DNA of 32,000 nucleotides from Candidatus Saccharimonadota bacterium (GTDB lineage: Bacteria; Patescibacteriota; Gracilibacteria; UBA4473): NCBI GenBank assembly GCA_965228485.1, contig OZ245819.1:780001-812000 (forward strand), read 5' to 3'. The notes below the pieces were generated by a model. That model was not told the origin of the DNA and ran no database searches. It saw only the letters and a program-made list of their open reading frames with translations. Position numbers and translations under genes: made by a program. Positions 17,466 to 26,400 of the stretch are shown piece by piece (the first letter of the stretch is position 1; each line of letters starts with the position of its first letter).

Positions 17466-18322
17466 CGAGGCTTCCAAAATATACGGTTTGGGATTCTTAA
17501 ATCGACATGTTCCATGCCTTTTGAGTAAACTCCTATTTCATCCGCCGCCAGATCTAATTTTCGTAATTGTTCAGTAATATCCAATTGTAGATCCAGCCAA
17601 TAAGCCGTATTTTTAGGCGTTACTAAATGTAATTCTTGAGCTAATGGTAACAATCTGATTTCTTCAGCAACCAAAGAAAGTTCTTCGATAAAAATAGTGC
17701 GAGCTATTTCGATTTTTTCGATAGTAGATTTATCCAAAAAACGAGTCCCTGCCACCAAAGGTCGGTCATATCCCTCAAGCTTAATGAGTGGCAGCGTGTC
17801 ATCGGCTAACTCCTCCAAAATTACTCCGTCTTCAGACATTACAGAAAAAGTAGCATCAAAGTTATTTGTCAGCGTAAACATCGGAGGAGAAAGATTAATC
17901 TTTATCTCCAAAGCATCTGGCCATTTTTCTTTCAGAATAACCTCTCGAAACTCTGGGAAGGTTTCGAGCAAAACGCTCTGAGCCTCTTCCTTGTCTAAAA
18001 AAAGTAAATTTTGACCGTAAAAATCTTCTAATGATGAATCTACTGCCGCAACATCTATATGAGGATTATCACGCAAAACAGTTACTCTTTTAAGGTTAAA
18101 ATAAGGAGAAAAGATAGCAAAGAGTACGAAGGTTGCCATAAGTATACAGACTCCAGATAACAAAATTGATCCTCGAAGAAATCGCGCTAGATGACGAATT
18201 AACAAAAAACTAGAAACTGTGTTCAAAAAACGATTTCTAGCTCTTTTCGGCTTACGACGAACCGTCTGGTTCGAATCCAGTAAAAAATATTTTCGACGAG
18301 TACGTGAAGATTTTGAAGACAC
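17462..18322 (-). CDS. ftsQ: Cell division protein FtsQ/DivIB-like (POTRA domain)
   Basis: GTG start, basic N-terminus and one transmembrane helix. Then a POTRA-like segment: FNLKRVTVLRDNPHIDVAAVDSSLEDFYGQNLLFLDKEEAQSVLLETFPEFREVILKEKWPDALEIKI. Confidence 0.7.
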   Translation of the reverse strand: MSSKSSRTRRKYFLLDSNQTVRRKPKRARNRFLNTVSSFLLIRHLARFLRGSILLSGVCILMATFVLFAIFSPYFNLKRVTVLRDNPHIDVAAVDSSLEDFYGQNLLFLDKEEAQSVLLETFPEFREVILKEKWPDALEIKINLSPPMFTLTNNFDATFSVMSEDGVILEELADDTLPLIKLEGYDRPLVAGTRFLDKSTIEKIEIARTIFIEELSLVAEEIRLLPLAQELHLVTPKNTAYWLDLQLDITEQLRKLDLAADEIGVYSKGMEHVDLRIPNRIFWKPR

Positions 18323-18330
18323 GGCGAGTT

Positions 18331-18873
18331 TTAGACTTTCAAGATGTCAGCTTCTTTGGCTTTTGAGATTACCTCTATTTCTTTATTAGCTTCATCTACT
18401 AGATCTTGTACTTCTTTTTCTAATCGTTTTTGCTCATCTTCTGAAATTTCTTGATTATCCTTTTGAGATTTGATTCTTTTCAGTACATCGTGACGAGCGT
18501 TTCGAATAGAAATTCTTCCTTTCTCGGCTAATTCGTGTACAAGTTTTACCATATCCCTCCGTCGTTCCTCTGTCATTGGAGGTACTGGCAAAAATAGATG
18601 CTCTCCCATATTCTGAGGATTAATCCCAATATTGGCTTCTTGAATAGCCTTCTCAATATTAGCTAAAACTGACTTATCCCAAGGCTCTACTTTAATAGTT
18701 TTTGCATCAGGACAAGAAATATTCGCAACGGATTTAAGTGGCATCATAGAGCCATAGCTTTCTACTTCAATTTCATCAACGAGTGCTGTATTGGCTCGAC
18801 CAATCTGCAGCTTTCCACACTCTTGTTTAAGGTGTTCAATTGCTTTTGAAATTTGTGATTTTAAATCTGTCAT
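18331..18873 (-). CDS. frr: Ribosome recycling factor
   Basis: 180 aa. LQIGRANTALVDEIEVESYGSMMPLKSVANI...PPMTEERRRDMVKLV...IRNARHD is canonical RRF. Confidence 0.93.
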   Translation of the reverse strand: MTDLKSQISKAIEHLKQECGKLQIGRANTALVDEIEVESYGSMMPLKSVANISCPDAKTIKVEPWDKSVLANIEKAIQEANIGINPQNMGEHLFLPVPPMTEERRRDMVKLVHELAEKGRISIRNARHDVLKRIKSQKDNQEISEDEQKRLEKEVQDLVDEANKEIEVISKAKEADILKV

Positions 18874-18921
18874 AAACCTGTAATTAAGGATGTCCGAATG
18901 CTAGAATTTTTTGTTAAAAAA

Positions 18922-20388
18922 TCAAGCCGCCACTTTATTTTCCTCCAGTAGATCATGATCTTTGGCAAATTGAAGAATCTCTCGAGCTACCTCTCGATCA
19001 TCAAAAGGAATCTTCTTCGGACCGATAGTCTGAACGGCTTCATGCCCCCTTCCTGCGATAAGAACACAGTCTCCTGGATCGGCCACAAAAATAGCATATC
19101 GAATGGCCTCATAGCGATCTTCAATTTCAAAAAAAGCTTCTCCTTCTTTTCGATCTAGCGCTGTTTTTATCTTTTGAGCAATTGCTTTCGGATTCTCATC
19201 TAATGGGTCATCCGTGGTCAGGACAAACTCATGCGCTAGTTGATCAATTGTATGAGCGGCTTCGATATGATTTTCTTTGCTTCGTCCTCCAGCTCCTCCC
19301 CACACACAAATAATTCTTCCATCCACCATGGTTCGAAGCGTATTTAGTACCGCCTGAAGTCCACTAGGCTTATAGGAAAAATCAACAATCACCGAAAATT
19401 TTTGTTCTTCATTGACTGGTTCTAGTCTTCCAGGAATTCCTTGAAAAGATTTGAGAAGTTCTTCAATTTTTTCAACGGTTACTCCGTTGGCCGCAACCGC
19501 GGCAATAGCCGCTAGCATATTTTCTACATTATGCTGCCCGACAACTGGTGTTTTGATATCTAAACGATGGTTTGGAAGTTTTACCACAAAGCTACTTCCA
19601 TGAGCCGTGAGCTCTAGATTTTCAACCGAAACTTCTGAAGGTCTTTTGGTTGAATAGCTCCATTTCCTATCAGCTGGAAACTCTGCGAAAAGATCATAAT
19701 TCTCATCGTCTTGATTAAGAATCATAACTTTTGATACATTTGGTTTTCGATAGCTGGCATTTAAATGCTTAAACAACTGCATTTTAACCCGTACATACTC
19801 CGCAAAAGTTTCATGATAATCTAGGTGTTCGTTGTCATGAACGTTCGTGAGTACCACGGTATCGAAAGGAATCCCCCAGAGTCTATTTTGGTCTATAGCG
19901 TGAGATGAAACCTCTATAATGGCAAATTCACAACCCGCTTTTACCATTTGTTTCAAAAGTTTTTGGGTGTGCCACGGACGAAGGGTTGTTCGAAGTGTTC
20001 CATTGTGCTGTTTTCTATTTCCAACACTAAACTGAATACCCGATATAGCTCCAGCTTTTACTCCAGATTCTTGTAATAAATGGTGAATTAACTCTACCGT
20101 CGTTGACTTGCCAGAAGTCCCTGTTACTCCAATAACCTTGAGCCTGTTAGCTGGGAACCCATGCAGTATGGCGGCCGCCATACTAGAGTACTTATGGTAC
20201 AGTAGACGAAGAGGGGATCGTTCAGGAATTAATTTTCTTAGATAGTTGAGCATCATATAATGACCCAAAGTGTTAGTAAAATCTTGCCCTAGTATATGAG
20301 TATTCCCCTCTTCAGTCCAAAAAATATCTTGTGCAAGCTCCTTGCAATAATTTGAGCTTTCCCTAAGTTCGGTACGATATGTCACCAT
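18922..20388 (-). CDS. murE: Mur ligase, MurE-type (UDP-MurNAc-L-Ala-D-Glu : diamino acid ligase); start uncertain
   Basis: P-loop VIGVTGTSGKSTT, HNVENMLAAIA, IPGRLE, VDFSYKPSGL and LTTDDPLDENP (the MurE DNPR-like region). The longest ORF overlaps the der start by 10 nt. The Met at 20256 (MMLNYLRKLIP...) is a plausible true start. Confidence 0.82.
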   Translation of the reverse strand: MVTYRTELRESSNYCKELAQDIFWTEEGNTHILGQDFTNTLGHYMMLNYLRKLIPERSPLRLLYHKYSSMAAAILHGFPANRLKVIGVTGTSGKSTTVELIHHLLQESGVKAGAISGIQFSVGNRKQHNGTLRTTLRPWHTQKLLKQMVKAGCEFAIIEVSSHAIDQNRLWGIPFDTVVLTNVHDNEHLDYHETFAEYVRVKMQLFKHLNASYRKPNVSKVMILNQDDENYDLFAEFPADRKWSYSTKRPSEVSVENLELTAHGSSFVVKLPNHRLDIKTPVVGQHNVENMLAAIAAVAANGVTVEKIEELLKSFQGIPGRLEPVNEEQKFSVIVDFSYKPSGLQAVLNTLRTMVDGRIICVWGGAGGRSKENHIEAAHTIDQLAHEFVLTTDDPLDENPKAIAQKIKTALDRKEGEAFFEIEDRYEAIRYAIFVADPGDCVLIAGRGHEAVQTIGPKKIPFDDREVAREILQFAKDHDLLEENKVAA

Positions 20389-21821
20389 CTTTACCTATTG
20401 TCGCTATTGTTGGACGCCCAAATGTTGGGAAATCGACGCTTTTTAATGCCATCATTGGGCAGAGAAAATCGATCGTATCAGATATTGCTGGAACCACTCG
20501 AGACAGCGTTATGGAAAAGGTAGAGGATTTAGGCGAAATCCCTTTTTGGCTCGTTGATACCGCAGGACTTAGTGACTTCGGAGACAACTCTCTTGAAGAA
20601 GAAATTCAGACTCAAGCTCGAGTCGCTATTGAAAATGCAGACTGTATTATTTGGGTTGTGGACGGAAAAGGAGAGCTTACTCAGGATGACTATGATGTTG
20701 CAGAAATCCTCAGAACTCAATCAAAAAAGGTAATTTTCTGTGCCAACAAGATTGATGATGGAAATCCTCAAAAAACTTATGATTTTGCGACTCTTGGTTT
20801 TGGACTTCCTGAAACCATCTCGGCAAAAAATAACTTTGGGTTTTGGGAATTCACCGAAAGCATCAGCAATAAGCTCAAAGAACTCGACCTAGGAGCTGAT
20901 GAAGAAGCCGAAGCAACCGAAGAAGATATTATTAAAATTGCTCTAGTGGGAAGACCAAATGTTGGTAAATCAACGCTTTTTAATCAAGTTTTGGGACAAA
21001 AAAGAAGTGTTGTTTCAGATGTGGCTGGGACCACTCGAGATGCCATCGATACAGAATTTGCAGATGAAAACGGCCAACGGTACCTTTTCATAGATACCGC
21101 AGGGGTGCGAAAACGAGGAAAAGTTGGTCGAGAAATGGAATTCTGGAGTGTTGTAAGAACTCAAAAATCTATTGAAAGAGCTGATATCTGCCTTCTTCTA
21201 ATCGACAGCTTGGACGGAGTCACCCATCAAGATTTAGCTCTTGCTGGAGAAGTAGTTGAGGCTGGAAAAGGTCTGATTATTGGAGTGAATAAATTCGATT
21301 TGGCACGAGAGAAAGCTCGAACAGAAGAAGAGTCTGATGAACGAGAACTTGATGATGTTCCAATGTGGGACGAAGATATCGCAAAAATTCGAGACCGATA
21401 TCTAAACTACCTACACAGAAAAATTACATTTATTCCTTGGGCGCCGGTTCTTTTCTTTTCTGGAAAAACAGGAAAAGGAGTTCAAGATATTTTTGACTCA
21501 ATTAAAGGAATTAAAGCCGAACAAACAAAGCGAATTCCAACACGTGAACTCAACCTCATGATTCCAGACATCTACTACCAACATGTTTCTCCAAGCATTG
21601 GAACCAAAAAAGGAAAGATCAAATATGCTAGTCAGGTAGATACTTGTCCGCCTAAATTTATTTTCTTTGTAAACAATAAAGAAGCCTTTCACTTTTCTTA
21701 TAAAAGATATATCGAAAATCGAATTCGAGAAAAATACGGCTTTCTTGGAACGCCAATCATTGTTGAAATGCGAGACTCTATGGGAAGGTGGAAAGACAAT
21801 CCCGACAACCAAGAAGACTAG
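20379..21821 (+). CDS. der: Ribosome-associated GTPase Der/EngA (tandem GTPase domains plus a KH-like domain)
   Basis: Two G domains: IVAIVGRPNVGKSTLFN...DTAG...NKID and IALVGRPNVGKSTLFN...DTAG...NKFD. C-terminal KH-like region. Confidence 0.93.
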   Translation: MSPSLPIVAIVGRPNVGKSTLFNAIIGQRKSIVSDIAGTTRDSVMEKVEDLGEIPFWLVDTAGLSDFGDNSLEEEIQTQARVAIENADCIIWVVDGKGELTQDDYDVAEILRTQSKKVIFCANKIDDGNPQKTYDFATLGFGLPETISAKNNFGFWEFTESISNKLKELDLGADEEAEATEEDIIKIALVGRPNVGKSTLFNQVLGQKRSVVSDVAGTTRDAIDTEFADENGQRYLFIDTAGVRKRGKVGREMEFWSVVRTQKSIERADICLLLIDSLDGVTHQDLALAGEVVEAGKGLIIGVNKFDLAREKARTEEESDERELDDVPMWDEDIAKIRDRYLNYLHRKITFIPWAPVLFFSGKTGKGVQDIFDSIKGIKAEQTKRIPTRELNLMIPDIYYQHVSPSIGTKKGKIKYASQVDTCPPKFIFFVNNKEAFHFSYKRYIENRIREKYGFLGTPIIVEMRDSMGRWKDNPDNQED

Positions 21822-22885
21822 AGCTCTATCACCTGTACTTCGCTTTTGAAGTCATCAAAATGGTCTTTGTGTGTGGTCGTATAAAAAGTCTGACAACCTT
21901 CTGCCAGAGCTTCTAAGTGTGTTTGACGATCCGCATCTAACTCCGAAAAAACATCATCCAAAAGCACGATAGGGTTTATCCCCTTCGCGTCTTTTAAAAA
22001 ATGCTTCTGAGCTGAAACTAATGCGAGTAAAATAGATCTGCTTTCTCCTCTTGAAGCCGTTTCTGTGAGCAGTTTGTCACGATACATAAATTCGAAGTCA
22101 TCTCGATGAGCCGCCAGAAAGTTCTTTTTTGCGGCAACCTCTCTCTGCCATGTTCTGTCAAAAAAAGATAAAATACTTTCCTCCTCCAGACTAACGAACT
22201 CTGCAGGTTTTATCTGAATAGTAATTGATTCATCAATCCCAGAAATTTTTTGCAGTTCAGCGGCAAAAAATGGATTAAGGGCTTCTAAAAAAGATCTTCT
22301 AATTTCATCTAAAACTGGCAAGTTTTCCACAAGCACTTGATTCCAGGGAGCTAAAAGACTTTTTACCACCTTCTCGTCCCAAAGATGTTCTTCGCTCAAA
22401 TTTTTAAGTAGCTTTGTTTTTTGTTTGTGAGCCTTATTCGCTCTGAGCAGGGCTTCTCTGTACCGAGGGTATACTTGTACCAAAAAACGATCAAAGAAGC
22501 CCACCCGGTCTGTTTTTGTCCCAGAAAACAGATGAATAAACTCTGGACAAAAAAGCAATGTCGGAACCTGTCCAAAAAAGCGTGTTCGAGGCAATGGTTT
22601 GTCATTTCTATAGAACTGACGACTTCGAGGTTGGAATTTTATTTTAAACTGATCGCTGCTACTGGTTTTTGCTTCCAGGATAGCTGATGACTCCCCATGA
22701 CGAATTAAGGTCTCAGCATTATGCTCTCGCCAACTCTTCCCCACACTCAGAAGAGAAATAGCTTCTAGGATGTTTGTTTTCCCCTGCCCATTATCCCCAC
22801 AAAACACCACTTTATCACTCGTAAAATCAAAAGACTGGTTTGAATAGTTCCTGAAGTCCTTAAGCGTTAGAGAAGTAATTTTCAT
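21818..22885 (-). CDS. recF: DNA replication and repair protein RecF
   Basis: MKITSLTLKDFRNY, Walker A (GDNGQGKTNILEAI), signature (SRGESRSILLAL) and Walker B (VLLDDVFSELD). Confidence 0.9.
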   Translation of the reverse strand: MKITSLTLKDFRNYSNQSFDFTSDKVVFCGDNGQGKTNILEAISLLSVGKSWREHNAETLIRHGESSAILEAKTSSSDQFKIKFQPRSRQFYRNDKPLPRTRFFGQVPTLLFCPEFIHLFSGTKTDRVGFFDRFLVQVYPRYREALLRANKAHKQKTKLLKNLSEEHLWDEKVVKSLLAPWNQVLVENLPVLDEIRRSFLEALNPFFAAELQKISGIDESITIQIKPAEFVSLEEESILSFFDRTWQREVAAKKNFLAAHRDDFEFMYRDKLLTETASRGESRSILLALVSAQKHFLKDAKGINPIVLLDDVFSELDADRQTHLEALAEGCQTFYTTTHKDHFDDFKSEVQVIEL

Positions 22886-22893
22886 GCTTTGTT

Positions 22894-22918
22894 GTCATTC
22901 TGAGTTTACGAAGAATCT
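22894..22918 (+). repeat. Hairpin repeat, copy 1 (GTCATTCTGAGTTTACGAAGAATCT)
   Basis: Lies between the recF start and the GIY-YIG stop. Internal inverted repeat ATTCT...AGAAT. Confidence 0.8.
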
Positions 22919-22924
22919 TCCCTA

Positions 22925-23212
22925 TTACCAATCAAGTGATAAGTCTTTTAACTGAGGGTTATTTTGTTTTATGAGGTTTTCTTTTTTCATTCGCTTCCAC
23001 CCCTTTAGTTCTTTTTCTCTCTCAATAGCTGAATCAGCACTACTTGTTTCTTCAAAATACAATAGATCCATACAATTATATTTTTTAGTAAAACCTTCTA
23101 CGAGCTTATTTTTATGTTCATAAATTCTTCTCTCAAGATCGTTGGTGACACCAATATATAAAACTGTTCTTTTGTAATTTGAAAGAATATACACAAAATA
23201 TTGTTTTTGCAT
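22925..23212 (-). CDS. GIY-YIG nuclease family protein (small, UPF0213-like)
   Basis: YFVYILSNYKRTVLYIGVTNDLERRIYEHKN, then ...AIEREKELKGW. The ORF extends to 23248, but the Met at 23212 (MQKQYFVYIL) fits the family N-terminus. Confidence 0.85.
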   Translation of the reverse strand: MQKQYFVYILSNYKRTVLYIGVTNDLERRIYEHKNKLVEGFTKKYNCMDLLYFEETSSADSAIEREKELKGWKRMKKENLIKQNNPQLKDLSLDW

Positions 23213-23262
23213 GTTTTTAATTATTAGGGAAACACAGACCATCCACAAGGTTCTTTGTGTCA

Positions 23263-23286
23263 GTCATTCTGAGGCACGAAGAATCT
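23263..23286 (+). repeat. Hairpin repeat, copy 2 (GTCATTCTGAGGCACGAAGAATCT)
   Basis: Same orientation as copy 1, immediately upstream of the GIY-YIG gene. Differs only in the loop. Confidence 0.8.
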
Positions 23287-23344
23287 ATCATCGTTTTTTT
23301 AGAGGGGCTCAAATATTATCAAGTTTCTCATACAAAAAAACAAA

Positions 23345-23369
23345 GGATCCTTCGCAAGCTCAGGATGAC
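23345..23369 (-). repeat. Hairpin repeat, copy 3, inverted (GTCATCCTGAGCTTGCGAAGGATCC on the minus strand)
   Basis: 20/25 identical to copy 1. All differences are transitions, including the paired change ATTCT/AGAAT to ATCCT/AGGAT. Confidence 0.75.
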
Positions 23370-23401
23370 AATACCGACATTCAAAGCAAAAATACAAATA
23401 C

Positions 23402-23435
23402 AAAAAACCCCCGAGACAAAAGCCTCGGGGATTTT
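23402..23435 (-). terminator. Intrinsic terminator of the SLH surface-protein gene
   Basis: CCCCGAG-N8-CTCGGGG stem (23409-23430). On the minus strand it is followed by TTTTTTG. Sits about 45 nt after the stop at 23477. Confidence 0.75.
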
Positions 23436-23476
23436 GAGTTATTCAGCCAAGTAGGCTAAGAATTTAAGAATAAAAA

Positions 23477-26400
23477 TTATTCAGAAATTCCAGCTGATTG
23501 ACTTGGAAGTACTAGTTCAAAACCATTTAGGTATTGACCTGCTCCTCCATTATTTGATCGATCAGACCAAACGATAGAGTCTCCTGAACCAACTGCACCA
23601 GCTGTACCAGCAGCACTAACCGCTGTAGCATCATTTACAAGAGTACCCGTCACACTATCATTATCAGAAGCTCCGTTGTTGTAACCACCTTGAATTCGTA
23701 CTTCGTAGTAGTTAGTTCCATCAACTTCGTCGCCCATTCCAGTAAATGCAACATCAACAGATCCTGCAACCAAAGTTGCAGTTACACCTGTAACTAGATC
23801 AGTAGGTGTACCAGAGTAATCAGAACTTGAATATTTAACTAGGTCAAATGTTTCAGCTCCATTAGCAATTACGTCGACAGCTGAAGAAGTCACTTTAACC
23901 GTAACATCTTCTAGGATTGCTTCGTAAGCAGCATCATTAGACACCGTGAATCGGTAAATCGCCGCTTCACCAGCTGTAGATACGAAAGATGGTTGAGAAG
24001 CCGCGTTAGCGAATGTCAACATTGTTCGATAAGCCACATAGCTTTCTGATCCATTTGTATTATTAACAACACTTGTTAAATCAGAACCAGTAGAAGCTGT
24101 AACCGCTTCTACACCAGTAGTAGCTTCCGAAAGATCAGATACTACTCGTAGTCGTTGAGCTGTTTGAGATGCTTCGGTAATGTCTCGAGCATCAACTTTT
24201 AGAGTAACTGTTGTAGAGTTATCTTTTGGAACTTGGATTCGATCAGCATTAGCTAATTCAAAGTGAAGTTGCCCTCCTGTCATTTGTTTCGTTTGGATTA
24301 GGTTTCCAGCTTCATCGTAAAGTTTGAAGTTGAATCGATCTCCTCCGTCTGAATCAAGAGCAGAAACCGTAGCTGCAGCAGTGTAATCCACCGTACCAGC
24401 AGCACTATAAGTTGCATTTGGAGCAGTAAAAGCTGTTACTGTTGCAACTGTAGTAGGAAGACCTGCTTCTTCGATAACAATTTTATCTCCAACAGCAAAA
24501 GTAACTCCCCCTGCATCTACTACATCATCTGCTGTAGCATTGTCAGTTTGGATTGCTGGATCCGCCCCTACCGTAGTTGGAGCAGAAGAAGCATTTACAA
24601 AGTAAAAATCTTTAACTTCTACGTCATCGTTAGCGGCAGAAAGTCGGATTTTGTAAACCTCAATTTCTGTAGAGTTAGCTACGATAATGTTCGTAGAGTT
24701 AACGATAGTCGCTCCATCAGCAATAGTAAGCGTTCCTGATTGGACAAAAGTGTATGTTACAGAATCTACTGAATCTGTCCCAATAGTATCACCTAGAGCA
24801 GTACTTGTCCCAGCAAGATGAACTTCTACTTCATTACCGTTCTCTACATTGTCAGCGTTTGCTGCTGTAACAGAAATAGCAACATCATCAGAAGCACCTG
24901 TACCATCAGCTAGTGATTCCAGTGTATCCACTACTAGTTCAAATTCTTTTTGACCTGCAGATGGGATAACCACTGATAGGTCATTGAATGTAGCTTCACC
25001 AGAAGTGTTAAGGTTTCGAGATGAACCTTGTTGTACACCATCTACGAAAATTGCAGCTGTATATTCACCATAATTCTCGGCAGCACTAGTAGCAGTAGCA
25101 TTAGCTTCAATCGAAATTGAAGTAACATTTACATCTCCTGAATCATTGTTATCGAGAACAAATTTCATGAAAGTAACGTCATCTACTCCCGCTACGATAG
25201 TTTCAGCAGAGAAACCATCAGTTCGAGCGATTTCAAGAATAGATTGTTGTACTTCTACAAAAGAAGCTACTGCAGAACCAAGAACTTGGTCCGCAGGGAT
25301 TTGGTCTCCTGTAGAGATGTACTCTGGAGAATCAAATGCTGTTTTAGCGATTTGAAGTTTGATACCATCTGCATTATCTGCAGAGCTGTCAACATTACCT
25401 ACAAGCTTAATTACTGAAGTTCCAGCAAGTTCGAATGTAGTGTTGAAATCTAGGTAAGCATTCCCAGCAGTACCAGGAACAGCTCCCATAGCAGTACCTC
25501 CAAATTCGTTTTCTGTATCGATTAGTTTGTCGTTAACATAAAGTCGGAAATTATCAAAAGCGCCATTCAAACCAGCAAGAGTTGTAAGGTCTGTATTATC
25601 AGCTGGAGTCGTACCATTTGCAATAGCATTAACTTCAACTTTAACTCCATCAACGATCACTGGTTGATCAACGACTACTCGAGCCGTTAGGAATACAACA
25701 TCGTTAGAACCAGGAGCGTACTCTTGGTTAGATAGAGATGAAGGATCTCGTGAAATGTTGATGTCTCCTGCGTCAATAGTGTACATAGTTAGACGAGCAC
25801 AATCATCTTCAGCGTCATCACCAGAAGCACAAGTTACTCCTGTACCAGTAGTTTTAGTGCTGTCAGATGGGTCGATTTGAAGACCATCCCCATCAGACTT
25901 AGCTCGTACTCCGAATGCTGTACCGATTTCAACCGCTACAACGTCTTCGAAGTTATCAACCTTGAAGTTGATTGTATCTCCTTTTTCAGCAGAAACGATG
26001 TCTGTTCGGATAGAGAAGATTTTAGAGTCTCCGTCTTCGATGATGTAACCACCAGTTACACCGTTATCAAGTCGGAAAGTAACGTAGTCTCCGTCGATGA
26101 TAGTTTCAGCAGAAACTTGTTCACCAGAAACGTATAGACCAACATTTTCAAGAGTGTCTTCTAGTTCAGCGGTACCATCATTTTTGAAAGTAATAGCTCG
26201 AACTTCAACATCTTTATTAGTTGTAGATTGGTTTTCCATTTTGAATTTACCGATCTCAACGAAAGCATCACCAACTTCTACAGTTGTATCTGAACCAAGT
26301 TCGTCGAACTCCATAGATGTAACTTCGTAGCTAGCGATTTCCATTTCTTCACCTTCAACTGGGAAGTCTCCAGCAATGTTTGCTGCAGAAGAAACGATGT

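Noticed and set aside
23213-23248. A 12-codon N-terminal extension of the GIY-YIG ORF (MWMVCVSLIIKN).
   Set aside because: Family members start immediately before the YxVYIL strand, and the Met at 23212 fits. The extension runs toward the repeat region.
23211-23459. Two overlapping plus-strand ORFs (82 and 65 aa) between the GIY-YIG gene and the surface-protein terminator.
   Set aside because: They are read-throughs of the hairpin repeats (for example ...KDPSQAQDDN...) and the terminator. They have no start context and no motifs, so they are most likely spurious.
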